Virus record (IMG/VR): IMGVR_UViG_3300032093_000003
Reading direction: 5' to 3' (one strand)
Source of the DNA: a virus
Taxonomy: Duplodnaviria; Heunggongvirae; Uroviricota; Caudoviricetes
DNA: 64,000 bases
A model generated the notes under the pieces. It searched no databases, was not told the DNA's origin, and saw only the letters and a program-made list of their open reading frames with translations. The position numbers and the translations under genes were made by a program. Of this stretch, positions 1 to 10,332 are shown piece after piece (positions within the stretch are counted from its first letter, which is position 1; every line of letters starts with the position of its first letter).

Positions 1-123
1 CAACAATATATTGTTAACGGTTTAACACAAGGACTACCTGGTGTAATAAAAGTAGAAGATTTTTTTAATGATTATTATTCAACAGTAGAATTACCTGATA
101 TTGAACAAATAATTAAAAACGCC

Positions 124-1269
124 ATGTATTTGAGTTTAGGTGGAGGTGGAGGTGACAACCCTTCTTTTCAAAAGGGAGTAGATTTTTTAAATAGACTTAT
201 AGCAAAATTATTTGCGGTTTGTGGATCACCAAAAGAAGGACAAAATCTAAAACAAAATGCGGTAGACATGTTTAATGAAAATGACGAAGATATTGAAAGT
301 TATTTTGATTTTACAAACACGGAAGGTATTGATTTAGATGATGAAAATAATAGATTTAGGAGAGTTCTTAAATTTACTGATTGTAATAATTTTGAAATAC
401 CTGTTGATGACAAAATATTAGAAGATTTTGTTTATTTAACAAATAGTAAATCGATAAATGATGTAATTAATGACGCATTAAATGATGCTGCCACAGCCGC
501 TTTTGATAGGTCGGATGGAACAATACCACAGATAAATTTTAATTTAAATTTAATGAATGATTTCATTATAAATTTACCAAAAGCTTTAATAATGTCGATA
601 TTAACACCTAAAGTATTTTTACCGATTTTAATAATATATAAATTATTTAAATCATTGTTAAATATTAGAATTGATGTTAAAGAAATAATGAAAAAATTAA
701 GTAAATTATTTAATGCTATTATTAAAGATTTATTTTGGCTTTTTATTAGAGAATTTTGGAGATTATTAAAAATAGATTTATTGGAATTCGTTTATCAAAT
801 TGCGGCTAAAATATTAAAAAACAAATATAAAAGATACTTAACAATTATTAGATCAATAATCTCAATACTACAACAAATAGTTGTTAATCCACCTGATAAT
901 TGTTTTGATATTTTTAATCTAATATTGACAACAATCACCAGTGCACTTAGGGGAGGTATTTCAAATGCAATTCCTGCAATTTTATTATCATTCGCAGATA
1001 AATTACCTGGTTATAGTCAGGATAGAGCATATATGAATATTGCCGAAAGATTAGAAGCGGCTGGTATCCCAATGGGACCACTGTATGGTGCATCAAATGA
1101 TTTACCGGCATTAGTTAAATCAATAATTGATGGCCACACTGAAGAAGAAGATAAAAACGGATTTATTGCCGGAGGAAATCAATTCTTTACTGTACCTATT
1201 CCACCTATGGGTGCAGGACCATTAATTGTTCCACCCGGTATGATAAGAGTTTTTGGTAAAAAACAATAA
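124..1269 (+). CDS. hypothetical protein, hydrophobic/membrane-associated central region (possible virion or membrane protein)
   Basis: Long ORF with multiple hydrophobic stretches; no recognisable catalytic motif. Confidence 0.3.
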   Translation: MYLSLGGGGGDNPSFQKGVDFLNRLIAKLFAVCGSPKEGQNLKQNAVDMFNENDEDIESYFDFTNTEGIDLDDENNRFRRVLKFTDCNNFEIPVDDKILEDFVYLTNSKSINDVINDALNDAATAAFDRSDGTIPQINFNLNLMNDFIINLPKALIMSILTPKVFLPILIIYKLFKSLLNIRIDVKEIMKKLSKLFNAIIKDLFWLFIREFWRLLKIDLLEFVYQIAAKILKNKYKRYLTIIRSIISILQQIVVNPPDNCFDIFNLILTTITSALRGGISNAIPAILLSFADKLPGYSQDRAYMNIAERLEAAGIPMGPLYGASNDLPALVKSIIDGHTEEEDKNGFIAGGNQFFTVPIPPMGAGPLIVPPGMIRVFGKKQ

Positions 1270-1471
1270 TATGGATATAAATAAAATAATTGAAATATCT
1301 GAAAATGCCGAAAATAAACCAAACAAAGATTTAATTTCTGCCAGAGATATTTTAATTGAAGAATTTGAAAAAACAAAAGATTTAATAATAAATCTAACAA
1401 AACATCTTGAAGGTGTTGAAGAAATGTACGACAAAGTAAATAACGAAATAAAGAAAAGAATTATTAACTAA
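1253..1471 (+). CDS. hypothetical small protein
   Basis: 72-aa ORF tightly packed between flanking + strand ORFs, K/E-rich. Confidence 0.25.
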   Translation: MVKNNNMDINKIIEISENAENKPNKDLISARDILIEEFEKTKDLIINLTKHLEGVEEMYDKVNNEIKKRIIN

Positions 1472-2979
1472 TGAAAATAATTGATATTGCGGTATGTGAC
1501 GATAATAAAGACCCTAAAGGTTTGGGTAGAATAAGATATAAATTACATAGTTCAGGTGGTGGTGCAAAAGAAAAGGCTGTTGATTATGAAAAATGGGGTG
1601 AAACAGATTTGTTTGTTGCTCAACCATTTTTACCATTAAATATAAATTTTATACCAGAGATTGGACAGGCGGTCAAAATAATAAGATATGATGTTAATAA
1701 AGAGAGTGTAAATCAGGAATACATTGCAGGACCATTTGGAAATCCCTATGATTTTAATAATACAGTGTTGTCGTCACAATTACAAAACACTACTTATGGT
1801 TCAATTGCCAAAAAATCACCAGACATATATAAAAACGGTGAAATAGATGAAAGATATAAGGCGGCATTTACTGAAATAAATCATTATGGAGTTTATGGTA
1901 AATATGGTTCGGATTTAATTTTTACTGACAATGGATTACAGTTAAGAGGAGGTAAACTTTTATCAAAAGAAGCTGCAAGTTCAAAAAATAGGGAAACACT
2001 TATCAATTTTCCGATAATGTCGAAAAAATCATCTAGAATTTATTTAAAAAAATTTCCTAAAGTAATGGAGTTAAAACCGGTGGAAGAAAAGACGGAAAAA
2101 GTACAATTTGCGGTTTTAAAGACAATAATTGAATATAGTTTAGATAGTCTAACAAATCCACAATTTGTAAACATATATATGTATGATGTTGAAAAACCAT
2201 ATGGGAATTTATACAATACAAATTCATTTAACGAACATACTGAATTAGATTTTAATTATTTAAAATTGTATACATTATCAGGTAATACACCAACACTAAC
2301 ATTACCAATACCTCCATCCCCACCATCATTAACACCAACTATTAATGATGCATATCTTTTTCTAAGAGACGGATTTAAAAAGATAATTGAAAATGGTCCC
2401 TTTTCTTTAAACCCATTGTATAGAAAAACCACAGATTTATACCCATTATATTTTAGACCAACTAAAGAATTTAGAGAAAGAGTGGGTAATAATACAGAAA
2501 AACTAAAATTTTTAGATAATGTTTTTATAAGAAATAAAAAAACATCTGGTTTAATATGGTCATTCACACAAGTCGATCCACAAGTGATCCCAAATGTTGA
2601 AATAAAATTAAAACCATTTGTAAATGAAAATTCATCAGAACAAACTTTTGGTTCTATTTTATCTGATAAAATATTTTTATTATCTACAGAATATTCTTTA
2701 GGAACACCTGGTGGATCACCAAATATTAATTTTGAGGGATTAAGTAAATATGATTTAACTCAAGAGGATTACATATCAAAAATAGAACCTAGTACCTATG
2801 CAACAGTAAGGGGTGAAAAATTATTGGAATTCCTATTTGCATTGAAGGAAGTTTTATATGGTCACGTGCATAATATTAATAAAACATATATTAAGGAATG
2901 GGACGAACATGAAAATTTAGATAGATTATATCAATCTTTAGCAAATGACTTATTAAATACCTCAATTAGAATAAACTAA
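1471..2979 (+). CDS. hypothetical protein (possible virion structural protein)
   Basis: 502-aa ORF co-oriented with neighbouring large ORFs; no motif recognised. Confidence 0.3.
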   Translation: MKIIDIAVCDDNKDPKGLGRIRYKLHSSGGGAKEKAVDYEKWGETDLFVAQPFLPLNINFIPEIGQAVKIIRYDVNKESVNQEYIAGPFGNPYDFNNTVLSSQLQNTTYGSIAKKSPDIYKNGEIDERYKAAFTEINHYGVYGKYGSDLIFTDNGLQLRGGKLLSKEAASSKNRETLINFPIMSKKSSRIYLKKFPKVMELKPVEEKTEKVQFAVLKTIIEYSLDSLTNPQFVNIYMYDVEKPYGNLYNTNSFNEHTELDFNYLKLYTLSGNTPTLTLPIPPSPPSLTPTINDAYLFLRDGFKKIIENGPFSLNPLYRKTTDLYPLYFRPTKEFRERVGNNTEKLKFLDNVFIRNKKTSGLIWSFTQVDPQVIPNVEIKLKPFVNENSSEQTFGSILSDKIFLLSTEYSLGTPGGSPNINFEGLSKYDLTQEDYISKIEPSTYATVRGEKLLEFLFALKEVLYGHVHNINKTYIKEWDEHENLDRLYQSLANDLLNTSIRIN

Positions 2980-3001
2980 TTGATATTTATAAAATAAAAA
3001 G

Positions 3002-4372
3002 ATGTCATATTTTCGTTCTTATTTTGAAAAAAATAATACTATACTTAAAAATTCTAGTATTAATACTGCCAAAAATCCGAATACCGAGATAATATACGGC
3101 ACCACATTCTCAAAATATCTGTTTAAGATAGATTTATCAACTTTACAACAAAAAATCGATTCCGGTGAGTATGTTATTGATGAAAACACAAAACACACTT
3201 TACATTTAACAAATACTATTTTTGGTGATGAGGCCCTATTGGGTGATGATAGGGGTAATAGTAATAGAAGAGCAACTTCTTTTGATTTGATATTATTTAG
3301 GGTTAATGAATTTTGGGACGAAGGTGTTGGTTTTGATTATGATAAAGTATATGATTTAGCAACTGGAGAACAGTTATTTGACGTTAGACCATCAAATTGG
3401 TTTAATAGAACAAGTGTTGATACATGGGGGGAAGAAGGTGTTTATTCAACTTCACCCGATATAATTGAAACAATACATTTTGATAATGGTAATGAAGATA
3501 TTAATATAGATCTAACAGATTATGTTAACGGTATTTTAGAAAATGGTGACGATAATTATGGTCTTGGTTTGGCGTTTTCTGTTATATATCAGGATGTAAC
3601 GACGGATGTTGGTCAAAGTGTTTCATTTTTTTCAAAGTATACACAGACGTTTTTCGAACCATATCTTGAGACTTATTTCCATGACGTAATAGAAGATGAT
3701 AGACAAAATTTTGTACATGGTGTTGAACAAAATCTATATCTGTATGTGACAAAGGGTACAAATTTTTATGATTTAGATTCATTACCATCTGTAGATATAT
3801 TAGATAGTACAAAAACACCGATAGCGGGATTAGAAAATCTAACACCAGTAAAAGTTAAAAAGGGTGTTTACAAGGTTACATTTGGTATTGAGGGTATTTT
3901 ATGTGATGGTAAAAAGTTTTTTTATGATAAATGGAAAAATATAGAAATTGATGGAGTATCAATTGATGATATACTACAAAAGTTCGTACCAAAACCATAT
4001 ACTTCACAATATACAATAGGTGAAAATCCAACAGAATTACAGAGATATGCAATACAATATTTTGGTATTAAACTTAATGAAAAAATAAATAGAGGAGAAA
4101 AAAGAAAAGTTGTGGTAACTTTCAGATCAATCGATTATCCAAAAACAGTTTTATTTGATGAGGTATATTATAGAATATATATAAGGGAAGGTAGAACACA
4201 AGTAAATGTATTTGATTGGACTAAATTAGATAGGACAAATGAGAATTCTTTTGTTTTTGACACATCCTACATGATACCGAGAGAATATTATTTGGAGATA
4301 AAAGGTAAAACACATTCTGAAGAAATTTTTTACAAAGAAAATATAAACTTTGAGATTGTGTCAGAAAAGTAA
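3002..4372 (+). CDS. hypothetical protein (possible structural/receptor-binding protein)
   Basis: 456-aa ORF, no recognisable motif. Confidence 0.3.
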   Translation: MSYFRSYFEKNNTILKNSSINTAKNPNTEIIYGTTFSKYLFKIDLSTLQQKIDSGEYVIDENTKHTLHLTNTIFGDEALLGDDRGNSNRRATSFDLILFRVNEFWDEGVGFDYDKVYDLATGEQLFDVRPSNWFNRTSVDTWGEEGVYSTSPDIIETIHFDNGNEDINIDLTDYVNGILENGDDNYGLGLAFSVIYQDVTTDVGQSVSFFSKYTQTFFEPYLETYFHDVIEDDRQNFVHGVEQNLYLYVTKGTNFYDLDSLPSVDILDSTKTPIAGLENLTPVKVKKGVYKVTFGIEGILCDGKKFFYDKWKNIEIDGVSIDDILQKFVPKPYTSQYTIGENPTELQRYAIQYFGIKLNEKINRGEKRKVVVTFRSIDYPKTVLFDEVYYRIYIREGRTQVNVFDWTKLDRTNENSFVFDTSYMIPREYYLEIKGKTHSEEIFYKENINFEIVSEK

Positions 4373-4841
4373 AATATTTATAAATATGAAAAATTTAAAT
4401 CAAATTATAAGAAAACACCTCAGAGTTATATCTGAAAATGATGGAAAACCTGAACAGGAAAATTATATGTTTTTTGGTAACATAGAACAAATGAAAAGAC
4501 AATGTGAACTATTAATGGGGGAAGATAAAAACCAAATAGATTCAATTTTAAAGGAACACGATTGGGCACAAGATCATATTTCTGAGGCAAAAAGTTTACT
4601 AGACCAAGTTTTTGATTTTTTAATGAATCAAACAAAAGGAGAACAATATGAAGATGAAATGATTAATGAAGAAAGTCAAATTGATGAGGGAAAAAACAAA
4701 CCAACAAATCCTAAATTATGGGCAAGAGCTAAATCTATGGCAAAATCCAAATTTAAGGTTTATCCAAGTGCATATGCAAATGGTTGGGCGGCAAAATGGT
4801 ATAAAAAACATGGTGGTGGTTGGAGAAAAACTAAAAAATAA
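4350..4841 (+). CDS. hypothetical protein with basic C-terminal YPSAYANGWAAKWYKKHGGGW motif
   Basis: 163-aa ORF; conserved-looking aromatic/basic C-terminal motif. Confidence 0.3.
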   Translation: MRLCQKSKIFINMKNLNQIIRKHLRVISENDGKPEQENYMFFGNIEQMKRQCELLMGEDKNQIDSILKEHDWAQDHISEAKSLLDQVFDFLMNQTKGEQYEDEMINEESQIDEGKNKPTNPKLWARAKSMAKSKFKVYPSAYANGWAAKWYKKHGGGWRKTKK

Positions 4842-4853
4842 ATTTTATTACAA

Positions 4854-6149
4854 ATGAATCAATTGGGTATAATAGTATCAAAAGAGGATAAAGAATACAT
4901 CGAAGAATGTATACAATCTGGCGAGGTACTAAAGGAGGATTTAAGAAGGTGGTTTAAGGAAAAGTGGGTTGATGTAAGTAGAAAAGTTGATGGTAAACAT
5001 CCACCATGTGGACGTAAAAAAGCAACAGGTAAAGGTTATCCAAAATGTCGACCAAAAAAGAAAGTATCAAAAGAAACACCTAAAACCGCGGGATCATATT
5101 CTAAAAAAGAAAAAAAGGCAATGACTTCTCAAAAAAGAAGAGCAGAAAAAAAAGACCCGAAACCCGGTAAAGGAAATAAACCAACATTTACGAGATATGT
5201 AAATGAGGCCTTCGATGTTGATCCGAATGAATATAAAAAAATACTACAAACTAAAGATTTTTTATTAGTTGTTCCATTTACACATAAAGCATCTTGTAAA
5301 TATGGTGCTAATACTAAATGGTGTACAACTAAAAGACATGACGATGAGGATTTTGAAGATCATGTTTCATCGGGTGTATTAGCGTATTTAATAGTAAGAA
5401 ACCCTGAATATAGAGATAAATTAAATAATTCAAAATTTGCATTATTTAGATATAAAGGAGAAGAGGGTGATGAAGATGGTTTGGTTTACACTGAATTAAA
5501 TAATGAATATCCAATAAAGTGGTTTAAAAACTTAATGGGTAAAAATGGTTTAACAGATGATTATTCTGAAATAATTGAAAAATATAATAATTTTTATAAA
5601 AAATATACAAACATGGCGTTAAATGAAAATATAGTTAAAAAATTAACTAATTTAGTTATGGAAGAATTAAGTAATGAGATAACTTTTGAAGATTTAGAAA
5701 CACTAAAAAAAATAAATAAGTTCGTTAAAAAACAAGAAGTAATTGATTGGTTTAATGAAAACGATATTGAGTATTTTGACATGAATGATATGGAAATGTA
5801 TATAATGTACATCGAAAAAAACATGGAGGATTCTGAAGATTTAGGATCAGTAGAAGAAACTGACTTTATTGCTGATGATTTATTAAATGAGGCAGAATAT
5901 CAAGGACGTAAAGTTCAATTAGGTAAGATCATGCAAGGTGATATTAAGAAATTTAAAGTATACGTTAAAAACGATAAAGGAAAAGTTGTTAAAGTTAATT
6001 TCGGTTTCGGTGGTAAATCTGCCAAGGGAAAAAGAATGGTTATTAAAAAGAATAACCCTGAAAGAAGAAAATCATTTAGAGCAAGACATAATTGTGACAA
6101 TCCAGGTCCTCGTTGGAAACCAAGATATTGGGCTTGTAGAACATGGTAA
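4854..6149 (+). CDS. hypothetical protein, member of 4-copy paralog family (PFTHKASCKYGANTKWCT motif) with lysine-rich basic N- and C-terminal regions
   Basis: Shares the motif block PLT..S..YG.NT.WCT with ORFs at 21896-22756, 54761-56320, 60188-62038. Confidence 0.4.
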   Translation: MNQLGIIVSKEDKEYIEECIQSGEVLKEDLRRWFKEKWVDVSRKVDGKHPPCGRKKATGKGYPKCRPKKKVSKETPKTAGSYSKKEKKAMTSQKRRAEKKDPKPGKGNKPTFTRYVNEAFDVDPNEYKKILQTKDFLLVVPFTHKASCKYGANTKWCTTKRHDDEDFEDHVSSGVLAYLIVRNPEYRDKLNNSKFALFRYKGEEGDEDGLVYTELNNEYPIKWFKNLMGKNGLTDDYSEIIEKYNNFYKKYTNMALNENIVKKLTNLVMEELSNEITFEDLETLKKINKFVKKQEVIDWFNENDIEYFDMNDMEMYIMYIEKNMEDSEDLGSVEETDFIADDLLNEAEYQGRKVQLGKIMQGDIKKFKVYVKNDKGKVVKVNFGFGGKSAKGKRMVIKKNNPERRKSFRARHNCDNPGPRWKPRYWACRTW

Positions 6150-6614
6150 TTAATAAAAGATAATTTTAATATCACATTCATTAAGGAGTTCTAAACTCCT
6201 TTTTTGTTGCTCTTCCCACATCTCTTTATTGTTTGTTGTACAAACCTCTTTACAATAAACTGTTTTTATACCCGAGTTAACAATACCCCTTGCACAATCC
6301 ATACAAGGTAAACCCGACGTAAGATATATTGTTGAATTTTTTAATGAAACACCTATTCTTGCTGCGTTATATATGGCATTACGTTCCGCATGTTCAAACC
6401 AGAAGTATTTTTCGGGTCTTTCCTGACGTTCTTCTTTTGAATCATATAAACCCCTTGGGAATGAATTATAACCTGTAGAAAGGATCTCATTATCCTCACC
6501 AACTATAACTGCACCTATTTGGGTGTATTTGTCTTTTGACTTTAACTTAACCTGTTCTGCGATCCCCAAAAAATAGTCTTTCCAATCCATCACATTAATT
6601 TTTGTGGAGACCAA
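6150..6614 (-). CDS. dCMP / cytidine deaminase family zinc enzyme
   Basis: HAERNAI and PCMDCA zinc-binding motifs (H-A-E ... P-C-x-x-C) characteristic of the CDA/dCMP deaminase fold. Confidence 0.8.
   Translation of the reverse strand: MVSTKINVMDWKDYFLGIAEQVKLKSKDKYTQIGAVIVGEDNEILSTGYNSFPRGLYDSKEERQERPEKYFWFEHAERNAIYNAARIGVSLKNSTIYLTSGLPCMDCARGIVNSGIKTVYCKEVCTTNNKEMWEEQQKRSLELLNECDIKIIFY
6181..6208. terminator. intrinsic terminator hairpin (bidirectional position)
   Basis: AAGGAGTTCTAAACTCCTTTTTTG. Confidence 0.5.
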
Positions 6615-6916
6615 TATTGTAATCTATTATCTGAATACCTATCCAATCTACGAGCCTCTTTTTTCTCGATAAGTTTATTAATTTCTGTCATGTGTTTTTT
6701 ATTTCTAATATCAACACCGACAATGTATCCTCCGTCCGATTTTTCATATGTTGTTTCAAATATGAATTTACCCTCATCATCTTTTTTTAATAGTTCAACA
6801 ATACCATTTTTGGTATCATTTTCTTTCTTATAAATTTTGTAGGGAATCGAACGTAATTCAATTAACTTTTGAAGAACGTCTAATCTTAGTTTTTCGTATT
6901 CATTTTCATCTGTCAT
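6590..6916 (-). CDS. hypothetical protein
   Basis: 108-aa ORF overlapping the deaminase start. Confidence 0.3.
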   Translation of the reverse strand: MTDENEYEKLRLDVLQKLIELRSIPYKIYKKENDTKNGIVELLKKDDEGKFIFETTYEKSDGGYIVGVDIRNKKHMTEINKLIEKKEARRLDRYSDNRLQYWSPQKLM

Positions 6917-7149
6917 TTAACAAATATAACGAATAAAACAATAAACACCAAAATTAATTCACTTTAAGTAACCAAAATTTTCTATCATTTATTTTTACAA
7001 AGGTGGTATTTGATGTCATCCTATCAACATAAGTTTCTTTAACTCCATTTGTAAATGTGAGAACAAATCCTGTTTTTGTTGAATTCCATTTAATTTTATT
7101 CATATAATGTATTTGAATTAATATAAGATTTTAACGGGATTATGTAAAC

Positions 7150-7182
7150 AAAAAACCCCCGATTTCTCGAGGGTTTTTATAT
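7150..7182. terminator. intrinsic terminator downstream of capsid gene
   Basis: AAAAAACCCCCGATTTCTCGAGGGTTTTTAT. Confidence 0.55.
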
Positions 7183-7197
7183 TGACATCAATTAAGA

Positions 7198-8937
7198 TTA
7201 TCTTAATGTATCCAAGCTAAATGTAGTTAAACCATTTACTGTGATAGTACCGAAGTAACGGTTGTTAACCATTTTCTTCGCGTATCTTGTCATGATACCT
7301 TTGATAGGTGTCATTGTGAATGGATTATACATTGTTGGAGTCAACTGTAAAGGTACGTATGGAGCGTAGATGTAACCAGCGTCCAATAAAGATTTACCTT
7401 TATGACCAATCAAGATCTTATTCGCAGGGAAGTAAGGATCACGATAAACTTGGTAACGACCAGCAAGTGAACCTACTTTTTCGATACCCATGTTATATTG
7501 ATCTTGCTCAGGAGCTGCGTTTGATACGTGGAAATACTCTAAATCATCGAATACTGCAGAAACTTCTGAAGAAACAACGATCCAGTTAGCACCACCTCTC
7601 AAAGTAGTCTTGTGGATTTGAGCAGAAATTTGGTTGATCTTGGTAACCAAAGTTTGGTTCCAGTCTTTCTGAGTGTAACCTTGAAGAGTTGCACCACCTG
7701 TTCCACCATATTTCCATTCGTTATAGTCCCATTTAGCCGTCCAAGCTGCACCTTTTCTAAGGTCACGTAAGATTTCACGATCAACCTCAGCTGCGATTTG
7801 CTCAGATAACAATGCTGTTAACTCAGCTTCAGCGTCGATGTTGTGGAATGCACTTACGTCTTGAGCCAATTCAGGAGACCAAGTAGCTCTCAACTTTCTT
7901 TCAGTAACAGAAACTGTTACAGATTGAAGATCGAAAGAAACTTCACCAATTTCATCTTCGAATTCTAATGTTTCATACACTCTGAAGTGTAAAACGAAGT
8001 CAGCAAGAGCGAATGTACTATTAAGTGTTGTGTTAGAGTAACCGGACACAGAAGAATAGTTTTGTAAATCTACTTGAACATAAATTGTTCCTGTTTCATC
8101 ACAAATGTCATTATACTTAGCAGTACCACCCATAGCACCTGGGAAAGTAGCTGTTGATTTTTGACCGTATTCAACAATACCTTTACCGTATTTTTGAGTT
8201 ACGATATTGAAGTTTTTAGAAACACCACTGAATTTAATTTCAGCAGATGCTAAAAATTCTTCAGTATCCATAATCTGACCGTTAGGTCCAATTAATTTAC
8301 CTTGACCGTCTTTAGCGAATCCGGTGAACGTAAGAATTAATGAAGGAACGCTTTGACTATTTAATGAACTTAATGGACTTACAGGTGTAGCCACACCGTT
8401 ACTGAAATTAACTACACTAGCAGCATTCATTGTGATAGCACTGAATCTACCTTTAGAATAATCGAAAAGTCCTGTGTCAGGTGCGTTACCGTCACCAGTC
8501 TCATAGAAACGATCATAAAGGTTTACTCCAGTATATCCATCATCAGCAGAACCTGTTCCACCAGGAATACCATATGGTGTGTAGTGTGATCCACTGTTTC
8601 TTTCCTGAATTTTAGGAATGAAGTAGAATAATTTACCGATAGGTAAGTTCATAGCTTGTACAGACACGATGTCATTAGCTAATAATTTAGAGAATACACG
8701 TCTGATGATTGGGAATACAACAGTTTCGAAAGAACCTGATGCATCCGCAACCGCAGCTTCGTTGATTAAGTATGAAGCTTGGTTTTCATACAATTGTGCA
8801 ATGTTATCTTTTTGGTGACCATCAAGACCTTCTAAAAAGCCTAAGTCATCCCATTTTTTAATGGTATCTTCTTTGATAACACGAAGGTGCTTAAGACCGA
8901 TGTTACCAACCATACCTGATTCTAATAATGCTCCCAT
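7198..8937 (-). CDS. major capsid protein (candidate)
   Basis: 579-aa ORF immediately downstream of the scaffold and protease genes; markedly higher GC and strong codon bias compared with flanks (high expression); followed by a terminator hairpin. Confidence 0.6.
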   Translation of the reverse strand: MGALLESGMVGNIGLKHLRVIKEDTIKKWDDLGFLEGLDGHQKDNIAQLYENQASYLINEAAVADASGSFETVVFPIIRRVFSKLLANDIVSVQAMNLPIGKLFYFIPKIQERNSGSHYTPYGIPGGTGSADDGYTGVNLYDRFYETGDGNAPDTGLFDYSKGRFSAITMNAASVVNFSNGVATPVSPLSSLNSQSVPSLILTFTGFAKDGQGKLIGPNGQIMDTEEFLASAEIKFSGVSKNFNIVTQKYGKGIVEYGQKSTATFPGAMGGTAKYNDICDETGTIYVQVDLQNYSSVSGYSNTTLNSTFALADFVLHFRVYETLEFEDEIGEVSFDLQSVTVSVTERKLRATWSPELAQDVSAFHNIDAEAELTALLSEQIAAEVDREILRDLRKGAAWTAKWDYNEWKYGGTGGATLQGYTQKDWNQTLVTKINQISAQIHKTTLRGGANWIVVSSEVSAVFDDLEYFHVSNAAPEQDQYNMGIEKVGSLAGRYQVYRDPYFPANKILIGHKGKSLLDAGYIYAPYVPLQLTPTMYNPFTMTPIKGIMTRYAKKMVNNRYFGTITVNGLTTFSLDTLR

Positions 8938-8965
8938 TTTAGTTTGTTTTTATTTTTTTGGTTTA

Positions 8966-10252
8966 TTATTTTATTTTACTCATCAAATCTTTCATTCTCT
9001 TGAACTGTGGATTTTCGTATGCTTTTGATTCCGACAATACATTTGAAGAAGATGTTGATGGAGTTGAAGTGATTTTTTCTGAAACTGTTTCGGTTACTGG
9101 TTTTTTAGTTCCCAATTCAGATTTTATTGTGTTAAATAAGTTTTTAGACTCATTCATAGTAGAAATCGAATCAAATCTCTTCATAATATTCAATTTCTCC
9201 TGTTTTGTTGTTGAATGTTCAGTGAACAAACGAGTAGCGTAAGCCAAATTAGCATTGAATACCGCAACTTCATTTAATTTTTCCTTAAAAAGAACTAAAG
9301 CCTTTTTGTATTCTGCGTTTTGTTTTCTTAATTTAGAAACTTCTTCATTAATACCAAAAACACCTGAACCTGCTTTATATTTTTTCTTACTTGGTAATCC
9401 GGATCTGTCTAAACCACCTTTATTACCATGAGGATTTGATTTAGTTCTTGCGGCTTCAGTCGCCTCAATTGGTGTCCCATCTTCAGAACCTTCTGGTTCT
9501 TCGTATGTGAATGGTTCCTCTTCAGAAATATCTAATGTTGGATCTTCTTCATCAAGTGTTATTTCATAAACATTTTCTTCACCTAATTCAGGATCCATGT
9601 CCATTTCTTCTTCCAATTCAGGTTCCATACCCATTTCTTCTTCCAATTCAGGTTCCATACCCATTTCTTCTTCCAATTCAGGATCCATGTCCATTTCTTC
9701 AGAAAGATCTTCTGTGTATGGTGATTCTTCTTCTAGATCTTCGTCACCTTCACCATCTAATTTAATGATATATTCATCACCGTCGATTTCAAGATCAAGT
9801 TCATCATCATCTTTTTTAACAATAATACCATCTTCAGGTTTCATTGCTTTAAAAACTTTAAGAACTTCATCGTGAGAAGCGCCTGTCATGTCCATAACAC
9901 CACTATCGTCAGATGGTTCGTCTTCATATGATGTTTCGTCTTCATCATCAGAAGGTAATTCTTCATCATCAGAAGTCTCATCATCAGAAGGTAACTCTTC
10001 ATCATCAGAAGTTTCATCTTCATCGGAGGTTGTGTCATCACCAGCATCATCGGCTGTTACATCATCTTCCTCTTCTTCAGGATTGGGTTGTTCTTCAACA
10101 TCCTTTTCCTCTTCTTCCAAACTTTCTTTAAGCAATTCGTTTAGTTCTTGTTTCATTGTTGAAGCAAGTATACCTTTTGCATTTGCTTTTACTGCTTCTT
10201 CAAGATTTTGTACTTGAAGTAACGCTTGTTCTAAAACTGATTTTTCGGTCAT
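8966..10252 (-). CDS. prohead scaffolding protein (acidic, tandem-repeat)
   Basis: Extremely D/E-rich, repeats EEMGMEPELEEEM and TSDDEELPSDDE encoded by 30-bp and 27-bp tandem DNA repeats; position between protease and capsid genes. Confidence 0.55.
   Translation of the reverse strand: MTEKSVLEQALLQVQNLEEAVKANAKGILASTMKQELNELLKESLEEEEKDVEEQPNPEEEEDDVTADDAGDDTTSDEDETSDDEELPSDDETSDDEELPSDDEDETSYEDEPSDDSGVMDMTGASHDEVLKVFKAMKPEDGIIVKKDDDELDLEIDGDEYIIKLDGEGDEDLEEESPYTEDLSEEMDMDPELEEEMGMEPELEEEMGMEPELEEEMDMDPELGEENVYEITLDEEDPTLDISEEEPFTYEEPEGSEDGTPIEATEAARTKSNPHGNKGGLDRSGLPSKKKYKAGSGVFGINEEVSKLRKQNAEYKKALVLFKEKLNEVAVFNANLAYATRLFTEHSTTKQEKLNIMKRFDSISTMNESKNLFNTIKSELGTKKPVTETVSEKITSTPSTSSSNVLSESKAYENPQFKRMKDLMSKIK
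9581..9710. repeat. 30-bp in-frame tandem repeats (x4) inside scaffold gene
   Basis: CCATTTCTTCTTCCAATTCAGGTTCCATAC repeated head-to-tail. Confidence 0.6.
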
Positions 10253-10332
10253 TTGCGAATTTTATTTTTATATAAATACTTTGATTATATAGAAAATTTA
10301 CTTTTAAGATATTAATATCAATAAAAAATTTA

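Noticed and set aside
6958-7107. 49-aa minus-strand ORF in the deaminase-capsid intergenic region
   Set aside because: It is short with no supporting signals. It may be real but there is no evidence beyond an open frame.
9511-10217. Four + strand ORFs (84-109 aa) rich in S/P/H repeats opposite the scaffold gene
   Set aside because: They are antisense read-throughs of the tandem-repeat scaffold gene on the minus strand, with low-complexity translation and no independent start context.
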